A stretch of 59,405 nucleotides of DNA, the filler included, from Sphacelaria rigidula (Eukaryota), in NCBI GenBank assembly GCA_964200075.2. It is 9 parts of 9 records of this genome, joined end to end, with 100 filler letters (N's around TTAATTAATTAA, not from the genome) between each part and the next. Parts side by side here need not be neighbours in the genome. Positions count along the whole stretch, not along the records: positions 19,837 to 26,348 come from CAXNAA020019626.1; positions 26,449 to 32,960 come from CAXNAA020019627.1; positions 33,061 to 39,572 come from CAXNAA020019628.1; 6 more parts are not named here. One strand, 5' to 3'. Numbering within the stretch: position 1 is the first letter of the stretch; every line of letters starts with the position of its first letter. Of this stretch, positions 24,532 through 36,832 are shown in pieces. Both the position numbers and the translations under genes were made by a program. The notes under the pieces are model-generated. The model did no database searches. It was not told the origin of the DNA and saw only the letters and a list, made by a program, of their open reading frames with translations.

Positions 24532-27500
24532 TTACTAAATCCCAAACATGAAAATAAAAGTAAACATAACTCTAGTATGGGCGCTGTCACACTTGTGTGT
24601 TTACCGGCCTTCTGCTGCCCGTAGCCGCAGTACAAAACCGTGCTGCGGAGGGATGAGACCCAGAATAACAATGGTCTCACAAGGGGTGCTTTGTCTTGCT
24701 GTATACGGGTTGGTGTACCCAACGGTGAGGAGCACGGCCTGCCTGAGGAATCTTACCTACTTTTCATAGTCACTCTAACTATGATCTCGTATTCTCAGAT
24801 CCGCCATGCTGATCCAAAACTAACCTGGTTTTAGTATGTAGTCAAGTGCCTACGTGTTTTCGTCCGCAATCGCTGTCAATCCCGCTACCTAAGGCCCATG
24901 ATGAGACGTTTCCTGTGCATTGGTGAGTGAAATGCATTTCACAGGCCCTCATGCACACTGCTATGGAACTATTTAAGGTCACGTCTTTCACGGGGATGCT
25001 GACATTGAACTTGATGCTGCGTTCTACCCATCACGTCGAACTTCAACACATGGTTACAACACACAGTACTGTACAGTACAGTAGGGTACATGGTACGACT
25101 GACAGTAGACATGCGCCCATGAGGCCATGTACGTTGCCATCTTACAGCAGACGCGCCCTGACGTTGACCAATAATGTCTTCTCAACACCGGGCTCATGTA
25201 CTCCGCGGTCAGAGCCCAATGACGGAGCAATCAATCCTCTTCGCGTATCTGCGTCGACTGTATAGGTCGACATGTAAACCTCGTCTCCTGATGATGCTCG
25301 TCAGATGCACTATTGTACAAGATGGCCGCCTTCACCCTCGACACCGACCCTCTACCCTACAGTAGGTGGACAGTTGAAAATGTGTCGAAAGCAGCTGCCT
25401 TGATCACACAATTATGATAGCAAGGGATCGGAAGCCACGGAAATTATGGTACGTAGTATGTAGCCATCGCGAGTGGTGCCCGCGCACAAAACGGTGCTGC
25501 ACAGCCATATCGTCGGGCTTATTATCGACGTTCAAGATCCGCCGGTGATTTTATTCCGAAAAGAGGTAGGGTTTGACCAAGGGCTTGTCGCGAGACGACG
25601 GGGCGGGGCGGGGGGGGAGGAGACCGCTACCCCTGAAGATAACGGCGGACAGTAAGGATGGGATATCCCGTGCTGCCCCGAACTTCACGGGACGAATGAA
25701 TCTCATCCCGTGAGATTTCTGTCCCGTTCTCACTTTTAATGCGCAAGCATGAACAAGAGGCAGGCAACGCACCAAGACCAGAAAAAAAAAAGTGAACCCG
25801 ATCCTCCGTGCCGTCAACGAACGGACAACAAAGGTCCAATCGTTGTCACGTAGGACAAGCGTCAACTGCTGAGCACTTGAAGCGCATCCGAAGTACTGTT
25901 GTAGGCATACCATATGGATCCACCAATTGTACGCGATGTCACTTCACAAAGAACATCCAACAAAAGCGGACGATGAGGAGAGAAACACAAGCGTTGTAAC
26001 CACAAACACGCTAGCGTTTGCAACGCAAAGCGTGCTATTGCAGTAGTCAATGGTTACCAGCTGAACCAGGGAATCCCGACATTTAGGGATCGGGAGACAG
26101 TAGGCATCCGCTCCACATTCCGAAACAAAAATCATCTTTGCGCTCAAAATTCAACGACTTAGTGCTGACTTGACAGGGGGTGTTCTTGACCGTTTTTGGT
26201 CCAAAACGCATTATTTCATTATTTCCGGTTATAGCGCGATGGGTTGGTAAAATTGAAAATAAAGGTATGTGCTGTTAGTCACGAGAGTGATTGGGATTGA
26301 TTTACCCCCCCCCCCCCCCCCCCGCCGGGGCCGCCGTGGGGGGTGGTGNNNNNNNNNNNNNNNNNNNNNNNNNNNNNNNNNNNNNNNNNNNNTTAATTAA
26401 TTAANNNNNNNNNNNNNNNNNNNNNNNNNNNNNNNNNNNNNNNNNNNNCAACCGATGCATGTGGGAGCGCATAGGGGGGGGGGGGGGGGGGTGGGGGGGG
26501 GGGGGGGGGGGGGGGGGCCGGGCGGGGGGGGCGTTCTCAGCGTACGGGTCTTACACACCGTCCATTATACGGTACTGACACCCTTTGCCTCAGTTTTAAA
26601 GCGGCCGCTCCCATGGAAAGTGAATGATACCCACACTTTGGGTGTGAGTAGTCCCGATTGATAACTTGGCCACAGTGCCGAGAACGCAATGTACTTTACA
26701 CCATGGAACGACTTCAACAACCCAGGTGACAGTGCAATCAATACTCGTATATTTTCTTGTGTGGTACTGATCGAACGCTGATAACGTGACTTCCATATGG
26801 GCATTGGCGGGATCAGCATGACGTGCGTTGGGCTGAAGGGGAAGCCCCGAAGTTGATTACTTCGATGGAAGAATCGGAAAACGCGTAAATCCACGCGAAG
26901 CAGCTTCATTTTGGGGGTACCATTTTCCCACTAAAAGACCTATCGAAATATCAACTGTTCGGCGCTGAACTCATATCCCCATGTACATATCTTGCGCACT
27001 ATCATGCCAACAATCAATGAGTCTCTCAAGGACGTCAGGCATGAACAATTAGACACTACATACTTTGGGTATGGGACGGAGGAAGTGCGTTATGTTTTTT
27101 GCCCCTTCATTTTCCTGATGTCTACCACACTGGTGTTCGCGCCCTCCGTTGCGCAAAGGTGGCGGTTGAACTTCTCAGCCCTTTAGTACGCTGATCGTGC
27201 ACCGCGCCTCAGTGATCATAGTGGTACACCAACGGCCAGTTTGGGCGAGCCTCGTGAGCTCAAATCTCGACACATGTTTTCATAACGGTGCTTTCATCAA
27301 GAATCTAGTTACAGTCATCGAAAGCGTGAGGAAGAAGGTAAAATATGAACAATTCATGAAGGATGACGGGCTGCCCGAGTGATCATCATCCAATGCTCGA
27401 TCATACGTCGTCAGGCAGGTACCGAGGGAGACATGGGTTGATCCCTGGAAATTCGTCCCGAGAAGGTACGGGCAGACTTGGAAGTGTGACGAAGATAAAA

Positions 27501-28742
27501 AATACACATGCGTGCGGTCGTCAGATCGCTGAGTCGTAACCTGTTTCCCCGACTTTGCCCCTTGCCCGGCCTCCTGACTGAAGCGTTTGTTATCTGGATC
27601 GCTAGCAGGACCCTGTTGGGGGCTTTCTTGGGATTGTTGCTAGCTCTTGGCCTGGCATGGTGCCTGCGTCAGTTCATTCTCTTTGTGTTCTTCGTATTTC
27701 TCCCTTTCTTTGTTCCATACTTTTGGAGTATCTTTCAGCAGCTGTTCCCGTTTACTCACCTTGTGAACAAAGATCCTGTGACCCCAACTGGATTGGAAGC
27801 GGATAAATCATTGTGCGATGAGTCATCAATCCGGCCACCATTTCTCGTTCACTGAACGAAGTCGTTTCATTTTCACACAGCATATGGGAAAATTCATGTG
27901 CCGGAAAACCAAATCATGTGTCCGCAACTGGCGTCCGTTCTGTTCACATATTTCAGGTGAGAAACGACCGATGTACCACTCCACCCGGGAAAATTGCAGG
28001 ATAAGCATGAGAGATAAAAAATGAGAGATTAAATAGAAGAAAATCAACCGAAACCCAAAACAAAAGAACAAAAGGCACAATCTTACGAAAACATCGTGGG
28101 GGAGAGGTAACCAAGGAAACAGGAGAGAGTGAACGCACGAGACACGTGAAATAACAGGCACAGGTTGATGGTACGCTAGACGGATGTGAGCGGTTAGCAT
28201 GAAAGTGAGCAAAACTGAACTGTTTAGCCAATAGGCGTGTTTCAGCCATTTGCCATGTTGACGGGGACGGGTGCACGTTGTCCCTCCGTGCATCATTCTG
28301 CAGTTGATCTGATTCATCGATTGGTTGATTGTCCCACATGAAGTGATCCCTTACCAATCACAACCCAGCAGTGGCCACGCGGGAGAGGTAGGTACCCGAG
28401 GTAAACAAACGGGAACACTCTCTCAGGGAAACTCGACAAAGGCATAATAAGAAGCTAGGTAAGATTTGAAATCACAGCCTCCCCCACCCTGAGGTGGAAT
28501 CATAGCCAACGAAACCATTAGTGCGTCTTGCCGTCTATGCTGACAGACCCGTAATCGGCATACCTATACGTCTGCTGCCGCCCTGATTACCGCTGCTCTA
28601 TCCGTTGTACGGTGATGGCACATGAGCTGCGAGATATGTGTTGGGAAAAAATGTGACACGAGATAATATGCGTGAGAACGATCTTTCTTATGTGAGTCTC
28701 GTTTCTCCACCAGGAGCAACTATTCCGAACCCTTGGAAGAGT

Positions 28743-30523
28743 CCAAGGTCATGTTCTGTAGGGTACGGTTTTCTGTGTACCCGGGGTATTTTCCCGGGGT
28801 ATTCGTACCTGACAGTTTTGCAAACTCAGTAAGACTTTCATACCGGTACCCGACAGGTATGCAATCTCTGTAAGACTTTCATACCCTTACCCGACAGTTC
28901 TGTAAGTTCTGTAAGCCTCCTGACCGTTACCGGGGGGCACGGGTACGCTCATAATGATATACCCGATTGCGGGTACGGTTTTCTGAGCAACCTCCATACC
29001 GTACCCGACAGTTTCTGCGAGTTCCGTAAGCCTCCCATACCCTTACCCGACAGTTCTGTGAGTTCTGTACATAACGTGTGTGTACCCGCACCCAGAACGC
29101 GGGTATGCTCTTGAAGAAATGCCCGATTGTTGTTACGGTTTTCTGTAAGCCTTCCATACCGTACCCGACAAGTTCTGTAATTTCTGTAAGGCTTCTATCC
29201 AGTATCGGTACCTGACAGTTCTGTGAGCTCTGTAAGCCTCCCGTACCCTCACCAGGGGTTAGAGTATACCGCCGTAGATATACCCGATTACAGGTATGAG
29301 CATAGGCATATACCTTGGGGAGGTACGGATATAGGTTCAATCCAACACCATTTCATGACTTCAATATGTACCTCCCATCGATCAACTCACCCAGCTCCTT
29401 AATTCAAAACTGCACACTAACAATAATTCAATATTGGAAAGTTCTTCAGTTTGGGATCTGACGGGATACGAGGTATCGCTGAGTGGAAACACGAAACATG
29501 AGCAGCACTGCAGACCGCCAGGATGGATCATCCCCACCCTCGAGTGGTGGCTCGAGCGGGGGCGGTTCATCTGCGCCACCGGGGCATGAAGTAACAAGAC
29601 GCACGTCATCGACGTTGATGGTGGTTGTGTCGTGGTCATCAAACCCCAGGCCGTTATCGACATGCACAGCAAAGATTATGAGCTGCCACCGAGAGTCGTC
29701 AAGGCCGTTGGTGATTTTGTCGTGCGCCGAAAGGCTTTCAGAGAGCGGGCAGTCGTGAATGCTCCTTCATGTACTCCCTGGGAGTGTACATGAAGCCGAT
29801 TGATGTTGACCATCCCGTGCACATGTACTCCAGCGAATATTCGTGTAGTCTTTCTCTATCAACCCCGTGAAGCCGTTCAGAGTTTTCGTGTCATCTGTAT
29901 TTCGCCACTGTTTTAGTGACGTAGGTCCCACCACAGGGTACGGTTTTCTGTATAACCGGGGTATTGTACCTTACAGTTCTGTGACTTCTGTAAGACTTTC
30001 TTACCGGCACCCGACAGTTTTGCACACTCTGTAAGACGTTTACACCGGTACCCGACAGGTATGTAAACTCTGTAAGGCTTTTCATACCCTTACCTGATAG
30101 TTCTGTGAGTTATGTAAGCCTCCCGTGCCATTACCGGGGGGCGCGAGTACGCTCTTGATAAGATACACGGTTGCGGGTACGGTTTTCTGTGCAACCGCCA
30201 CACCCTACCCGACAGTTTCTGTGAGTTCCGTAAGCCTTCCGTACCCTTACCCGACATTTCTGTGACCTCTATACATAACATTTACCCGTACCCGAAACGT
30301 GGGTATGCTCTTGAATAAATATCCGATTGCCGGTAATCTTTTCTGTAAGCCTCCCACACCGTACCCGACAAGTTCTGTAATTTCTGTAACACTTTCAAAC
30401 CGGTAACCGATAGTTTTGTGATTTCTGTAAGACTTTCATACCGGTACCCGATATTTCTGTAAGTTATGTAAGGAATCTCATACCCTACAGAACATACCCG
30501 TACCCTACAGAACACAACCTCGG
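28743..30523. mobile_element. TIR-bounded element with two ~41-bp minisatellite arrays and a unique core
   Basis: 26-bp TIRs CCAAGGTCATGTTCTGTAGGGTACGG / CCGTACCCTACAGAACACAACCTCGG; AAGAGT directly outside both ends (28737-28742, 30524-30529); unit about ccggtacccgacagttctgtaagttctgtaagactttcata. Confidence 0.7.
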
Positions 30524-30907
30524 AAGAGTCCATCCAACCAGCTTCTGACTGGTGTGTCCATCCGTTAAGCACTTAGGCCGTCGGTTTTGTAGACGCACGG
30601 AATATGAGGTGAGATTCGGTTTGTGATCATCACCGCATTTTAGGCCGCTCAGCTTGGTGCAAGTGAGTCAGGCCGCTCCCGACCTTCTGACGTTGTTGAA
30701 AACCTATTGTTTTTTCTTGCGTTACATCACCCTGCACAACGCGGTAGAACCGCCTCCTCACCTGCTATGCACGAGAGTTCAAGCCCAGACAGCCTACACA
30801 CGCCGATCCTTTGCCTTCCCGTCATGGGGGATTCCTAATATGATTTTTGCAGCGACGTCCTGGGTCATGTTGCCATCGATGAGTATAATGTTAACGCATA
30901 AGAATGA

Positions 30908-31176
30908 CCCACGGGAGCAATGCCACGGTAGGGGTACACTTTTTTCGCGAAATATTGTCTAGGTCAGGGGCTCCTAACGATTCTAGATGCACAAGAGTAT
31001 GGGTCAGGGCATCCCCGTTTGCAAATTTATTCGGGATATCCCCAGCACATAGGAGTAGCAATCCTGGCGTACTTTCACATATTTTCGTAAGTGGTGTTCT
31101 GCATGAGATCAAGGGCTCCTAACAATTCTAACCTCAGAAAATATTTGTGCACCCCTACCGTAGCATTACTCACGGG
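30908..31176. mobile_element. MITE with ~30-bp TIRs; related copies at 32628-32960
   Basis: GGGAGCAATGCCACGGTAGGGGTACAC / GTGCACCCCTACCGTAGCATTACTCAC; the right arm matches the reverse complement of 32752-32880. Confidence 0.7.
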
Positions 31177-31992
31177 CTGACAACGTGTTTACATGCAGGG
31201 ATTGTCAAGGTCCACGGAACTATGTCAAGAGGGAATGACAAGTTCAAACGACGATCACCTCGTAAAAATTTCAACGAAGTACGAACGTAGAGGTGTACCA
31301 TCTGCCAGGACCTGGGAACTCAGAAAACCATGCATATACCCCAGAATACCTAGTGCCTCGCCGACGTGCTCTGTTGCTTCGCACAATAACCTGACGATGA
31401 ACCGATTCTAAGGAGGGGGTGCTTCAAAATCGGTCACTTCCGTAAACGCAAATTGAGAAAAAAGGACACAAAGACGTGCTTTTGGTCATTCTCCGCGAGA
31501 TACCAATCCATTCATATCAACCGACATATCTACTACTTCGCCGATACGCTCTTTCAATGCGCACTACAGAGGAACGTATTGGCTGGTATCAAGTTTGGAG
31601 TATTTAAAAAAGGACGTTTGTTGACTCCGGGTGCTTTCTGTTGCTATGCTTCCACCAGCGCACTATCTACGACACCACCGCACAACTTTGACAAGCCTCG
31701 GAGATCCATGATACAAAGGGTGCTAGAGTCTCAATTGATACCTTACACCGACGTCTTGAAGTTCGGGTTGTGACCATGTCCCACCCACGCTTCCCGCGCA
31801 CATGGGTATCAACGTTCCGCCGTGAGATCTGTCTCTCAATCCCATGTGGAATACGCCCAACTTCAGCATGGATCTATCCTCTTTTTAATTTTGCAAACCC
31901 ACGCTCTCGAGGAATTTTCAACCATTGGCAAACTGACCGCAGCACACGGGCTTTGATGAGGTCACCTCGGTATCAATTTTGAGTCGTATTCA

Positions 31993-32352
31993 CGGTCGCC
32001 CCGCTGTGGCTCACTTGGTAACCTCAAAACCTTCTTACTGTTGGGTCGGGGGTTTACATCTCGGAGCGATCTGGGATTTTTTTCTCACACCATGCTCAAC
32101 AGTCGAGAGCGACTTTGTCGTGGGTGCACAAAATACGACCTAACGGCCGACGAGGGAAAGGTACTGCTGAACCCCGCCCGCGATGAAAAAATAAAGGCAA
32201 GCATCGCAGAAGGAAGGTGGGGTACTAAAAGCAAGCAAAAAAGAAAAAGCTCCTGTGTTGGCCTTCCTCCTGTGTGATCTCGGCTGGTGCGCCCACATAT
32301 CCCGAAAGGTGTAGACCCACGTCCAGAATAGATGGGACGACAACACATGCAC
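31993..32352 (+). mobile_element. Near full-length tRNA-derived SINE copy (~360 bp)
   Basis: TGGCTCACTTGGTAACC head, shared body, and gatgggacgacaacaca tail. Confidence 0.88.
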
Positions 32353-32813
32353 ATTCACAGGGTAACGGAAATGTGACACGTTTGTGTGGAGTTCCGTATT
32401 CACTACACTAATACTGGGTGGGGTTTGACACTGGTTGCACTGGCTGGGCTGATGTTTAAGTTCGTTAGGCAGCAGGATAACGTTCTTTCATTGTTCTCAT
32501 ACAATATGTCAGATGCAATTCCCCTCGGAACCGAGCCCTTGAGCGTATGGATGCCCAAAGAAACTTGAGCTTGTCCAGAGGATACTTACAGGCGTTTCAT
32601 GGCCAATATAATGAATACAGGCACATACGCGAGTGATGATACGGTTGGGGTGCACAGATATTTTCGGGTCTTAGGACTGCCAGGAATCCTTCATCTTATT
32701 CAAAACACGAATGATGAAATATATGAGAATACGCACGATTACTATTCCAATGAGAGTGATGCTACGGTAGGGGTGCACAGATATCTTCTGAGGTTATAAA
32801 TGTTAGGAGACCT

Positions 32814-32960
32814 TTATCTCAGGCAAAACGCTACTTATGAAAACATGTGAAAGTACGCCAAGGTTACTACTCCAATGTGCTTGGGATATCCCGAGTGAAT
32901 TTGAGTAGTAACCTTGGCGTACTTTCACATGTTTTCATAAGTAGCGTTTTGCCTGAGATA
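32814..32960. repeat. Near-perfect inverted repeat at the contig end (centre of a foldback MITE)
   Basis: tatctcaggcaaaacgctacttatgaaaacatgtgaaagtacgccaaggttactactc is followed, after a short loop, by its exact reverse complement. Confidence 0.85.
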
Positions 32961-33060
32961 NNNNNNNNNNNNNNNNNNNNNNNNNNNNNNNNNNNNNNNN
33001 NNNNTTAATTAATTAANNNNNNNNNNNNNNNNNNNNNNNNNNNNNNNNNNNNNNNNNNNN

Positions 33061-33775
33061 ATGTCCACCTCGAGTCGGGTGGTGGTGTTTCTTGGCACTG
33101 TGTGTAGCAGGCGTGTTTCTCGTCCGCTACAACGCCGTTTGCACCGCATGACAGCTTGGACGATGGCTACGGACTGTGTGAGTGTATTGCACAGCTGCTG
33201 TGGTGTCGATGCAAGGCACATAGGACGAGTGCGCACAGGTATTCCACTCGCTGGAGGTGGGCATAAGCTGTGTCCAACTCGTGACTTGGACGTAGTAGCT
33301 TATGTCCGCCTCCAGTCAGGTGGCTGTATTTTTTTGCCCTGTGCAGTAGGCGCGTTTCTCGACCGCTAAGAGGCCGTTTGCACCATGCGATGGCTTGAAT
33401 GGTGGCTACGGACTGTGTGAGTGTATATCAGGTGCTGTGGTGTCGATGTAAGGCACATGGGACGAGCGCGGACAGGTATTCTAATCGCTGGAGGTGGACA
33501 TAAGTTATGTCCAAATCACGACTTGGACATAGCTTATGTCCTTCTCCAGTCGGCTGGCGGTATTGTTTGGCACTGTGCAGCACGCGCGCTTCTCGTCTTC
33601 TACGAGGGCTTTTGCGCCGTGCGAAGGCTTGAATGATGGCTACGGGTTGTGCGAGTGTATTCCGGGTGTTGTGATGTCGATGCAAGGCATATGAGACGAA
33701 CTCGGGCGGGGAGTCGAATCGCAGCTGGAGGTGGCTATAACTATTTCCAAGTCGTGACTCGGAAATAGCATTATT
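33061..33775. repeat. Tandem array of about three 234-239-bp units, each with a ~65-nt hairpin; cut by the contig start
   Basis: ggctacgg recurs at 33165, 33404 and 33638; hairpins at 33251-33315, 33488-33549 and about 33725-33785. Confidence 0.85.
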
Positions 33776-35569
33776 ACCCTCTACGGTAGAGTCCCACTGT
33801 AGTGCGTATATGACGGTCGTGTCGAAGCTATCAGGATTTACGATGCTCAACATGCGGCCGTGGATTATGAGTAATTTTGCGGTCACGTACCCTATGAAGG
33901 GAGGTATTTTATCCCACCTGGTGCCTTTTTCGCGCAACGATCGCATGTTGGGAACATGCACTAGGGTTCCAACGACCCCCTCGACGTGTAGCGAGATAAT
34001 TCGAACCCACATCGACATAGATTTCGAGTTGTGAAGTTGAACGATACAGCAGTACGACGATCGCATGCAGTGACCATGAGATTAGATGGAGCGGCAACCA
34101 AAACCCCGTTATCGTTGGGCGGCACAGCATGATAACCGCACGATTGAAGACACCTGTGATCAAACGTATTGACGTACAATCCTACACGCACCCACTCCCC
34201 GGCATATCCGCTAACCGTAGTTGTGGAAGAACACCAACACTCACAGTTAGGTTGCAACGTCTGGAGCACTTTTGAGAAACCTGTCGGGGCAAACCGAACG
34301 TGAGATACGGCACCGCAATCGATCTCTAGGTAAGAGCACCACAGCATCCTTCATGCACTATTGCCGCGCGAAGTAGAAGTGCTGAAGATCCCGCGCATCC
34401 GATTGCTCTCCCCTTGTTCCCGCTGATGATTGTGACTTTTGAACGAAATTGAGGATATGTACATTTCTGGATATCATCCTTTCACCCGAAGCCCCGAACT
34501 TTTACAATATAAACAACCACTGTAGATCACATGGCGGACACGTTGCGTCCATCTATCGTTTTCCGCGTCTAACGGATAGGTAGTGAAGTGCCTGCACCAC
34601 TGTCGCCGCCATCCCGTCCACACATGCCACATCTACGGTTGAAAGCAGATCTCCACTCACGTACTCCGAACGTATAGCGCAAGTGGAAACTCTGAGGGGC
34701 ATTGCCCAGGGTCACGCTGGCGGAGACGTCAAACCGCAAAAGCGGCTGAGCCCCCTTCGTACGGAAAAGATGCGGCGACTGAACTGTTCAGTGCGTCGGA
34801 GGCGTCCATGGCGTCCACTGATGGCGCATCTGTACAAAAACAGGGGTTGGAGGAATGCAACGACCGTCCGAGCGCAGAACGTATCAACTTCAAATTTTGA
34901 TCGGGTGGGGAAAGCGCGACTTATGAAATCTGCACTACTTCGGCGTCGGGAAACAATACACGGGAGGTGTTACCGTGGAATCGCCGACAGTGCCTCTCAA
35001 GGAAGTGGGTAACACTCGCCGCAAAAGCGGGAGTGCTGCTGGTGGTGGAGTCGTGGAGGTGCAGACTTCCGTCAGCCAAGGCCAAGAAAAGACGTACCCC
35101 GCCCAACTCCGGTGGAGGCACATCCCCGCATGCTCACACACGTACACGTACATCGAGACGGAAGAGGACTACGACGAATCACCCGGAGGTTGCCAGCGCA
35201 TGGAAAGCATGCATGAACAAGAGAAGCTTGCGTTGCAGCACAGAAGCGGGGTGAAGGAAGTTCAGCTCCCGGCAATACACTCTCCAGAGGAAGCGCCGAC
35301 ATCCGCATCCCCATATAACGCAAGACGGGATCCTACGCGGGGGTCACCGGGGGGATTTACCACGCCGTCGGGACACCGTAACAAGCGACCGGGTTGACCA
35401 TGTACCTCGCACCCAACCCCTGGAGGCGCGTCGGTGTCAAAATCGAAGCGGACAAAGAAAAAAGCTACATACATATGCTGCCGCCGCTGGGGTCGACTGG
35501 TGTCGATTTCAAGGTGACGACACTTAATCTTCAGCAGCTTCGGAACAAGATCAGGTAGCGCCGGCGCCT

Positions 35570-36832
35570 ATGAACGGGGTTGCCAGCGAGCTAATGAGGC
35601 ATCCCGACCGCCGGACACCACCCCATGAAACTGATCGTGGTGGACATTGCGCGCGCGGTGAAAGAGAGGGAACGTCGACGCGATGCAGTAGCTCTCAAGG
35701 TCACCCCGGCAATCGTGATAGCTGCAGGAGGGTGCATCCTGCACCGACAGGGTCTACCCTGGTGAGTAGTATGAGGAGGGGTAACGAACATGAGCGGGTC
35801 CGTCACGATGTGTGTGGTATCCAGTTCCCCGCCGTCGACGACGCATGCAACACATGCTCCTCTTGCGATCGGATACATGACCCGGTATCGCGACTGTGCC
35901 TCGCCTGCCATCGACCAGGACCCGGCAAAGGCAATGCCTGGCGTCATCTTGGCGCGGCACGAATTCAGGAGGCCGAGCCGGTCTTTATTGCAGAAGCACA
36001 CCATAAAGTTATTGTAGCCGTTGAGGTGGGGCGCGTAGTGAGGCTGGAGGATGTTCAACCCTGGCTGACCGAAGCCAAAACCGTAGCAAACGCCCGGACC
36101 GTTCTAAACAAGCGCACCTGGGAGCAAGCGCTGGGAAATTCCGATGCGGCGACCGCGGACGGCGTAGTCGGCGCCAAGCTTGAGAATATAAGCGGGGTCG
36201 AGGGGGCTGCATGCGATGGGCGGCGAAAGTTCATATATTTCGTTCCCTCCGTGGTGGCGCCCGAGGTGGGCATGGCGGCCTACATTGAACTTCGCAACAT
36301 GCGTGCCACGGCACGAGAACTGGATCGTTCCGTCTCCCGCCTCACCACCCAGATCGAGAGTGGTCAGCCTGTTGAAGCCGCACTCCAACGGGTGACAGCT
36401 GCCGGTTCGGCGGAGGAGAAACGGGCCGTGATCATAGCGGCTGAGTCTATCGTCAGGATGGACATTGAAAGTGCAGAAGAACTGAGGGTTGTAGCGTGGG
36501 ATAGGGACCAGAAATACGCCGCCGACATGTTGAGGAATATTCAACCCATGAATCGATTTCTGACGGATGATACGCCGCCGGCGCTGTTAGCATCGCCGAG
36601 CAGTCTGTGCCGTTTGAGTGTGTCGAGTGATGATCCGGGTTTGCTTTTTCCGACCGTGGAGATCGCAGGGAGTGGTAGGCGAGGGGATTCTGCTCATGCC
36701 TCTCGCACCGCCGCAGCGGATGATGTCGCCGTGTCGGCGGCGTGGGATGGCGGGGCGGATTTGGTGGGCGCCGCGAACGGGTCTGATGGTGGTACGCCAC
36801 AACGGGAACACGGGGGCGCAGTTCAACGGTGA
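35570..36832 (+). CDS. Unassigned 420-aa ORF with a Cys/His cluster and a helical-looking domain; probably the best-preserved part of a longer decayed gene (about 34680-37525)
   Basis: 1.26-kb open frame with CNTCSSCDRIH...CLAC and an amphipathic segment YIELRNMRATARELDRSVSRLTTQIE...; adjacent + strand ORFs at 34975-35397 and 37070-37525 also read as protein-like. Start codon uncertain. Confidence 0.5.
   Translation: MNGVASELMRHPDRRTPPHETDRGGHCARGEREGTSTRCSSSQGHPGNRDSCRRVHPAPTGSTLVSSMRRGNEHERVRHDVCGIQFPAVDDACNTCSSCDRIHDPVSRLCLACHRPGPGKGNAWRHLGAARIQEAEPVFIAEAHHKVIVAVEVGRVVRLEDVQPWLTEAKTVANARTVLNKRTWEQALGNSDAATADGVVGAKLENISGVEGAACDGRRKFIYFVPSVVAPEVGMAAYIELRNMRATARELDRSVSRLTTQIESGQPVEAALQRVTAAGSAEEKRAVIIAAESIVRMDIESAEELRVVAWDRDQKYAADMLRNIQPMNRFLTDDTPPALLASPSSLCRLSVSSDDPGLLFPTVEIAGSGRRGDSAHASRTAAADDVAVSAAWDGGADLVGAANGSDGGTPQREHGGAVQR

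Noticed and set aside
24300..24560. Duplicated G/C-run segment around an internal N gap
   Set aside because: Homopolymer-rich sequence flanking a scaffold gap; probably a sequencing or assembly artefact.
28800..30500. 41-bp periodic repeats as a CRISPR array
   Set aside because: Units are contiguous and degenerate with no unique spacers, no cas genes are present, and the context is eukaryotic; this is a transposon-internal minisatellite.
31450..31985. Tc1-like transposase HTH (VSIDTLHRRL)
   Set aside because: Short resemblance among many stops; no DDE motifs or TIRs found.
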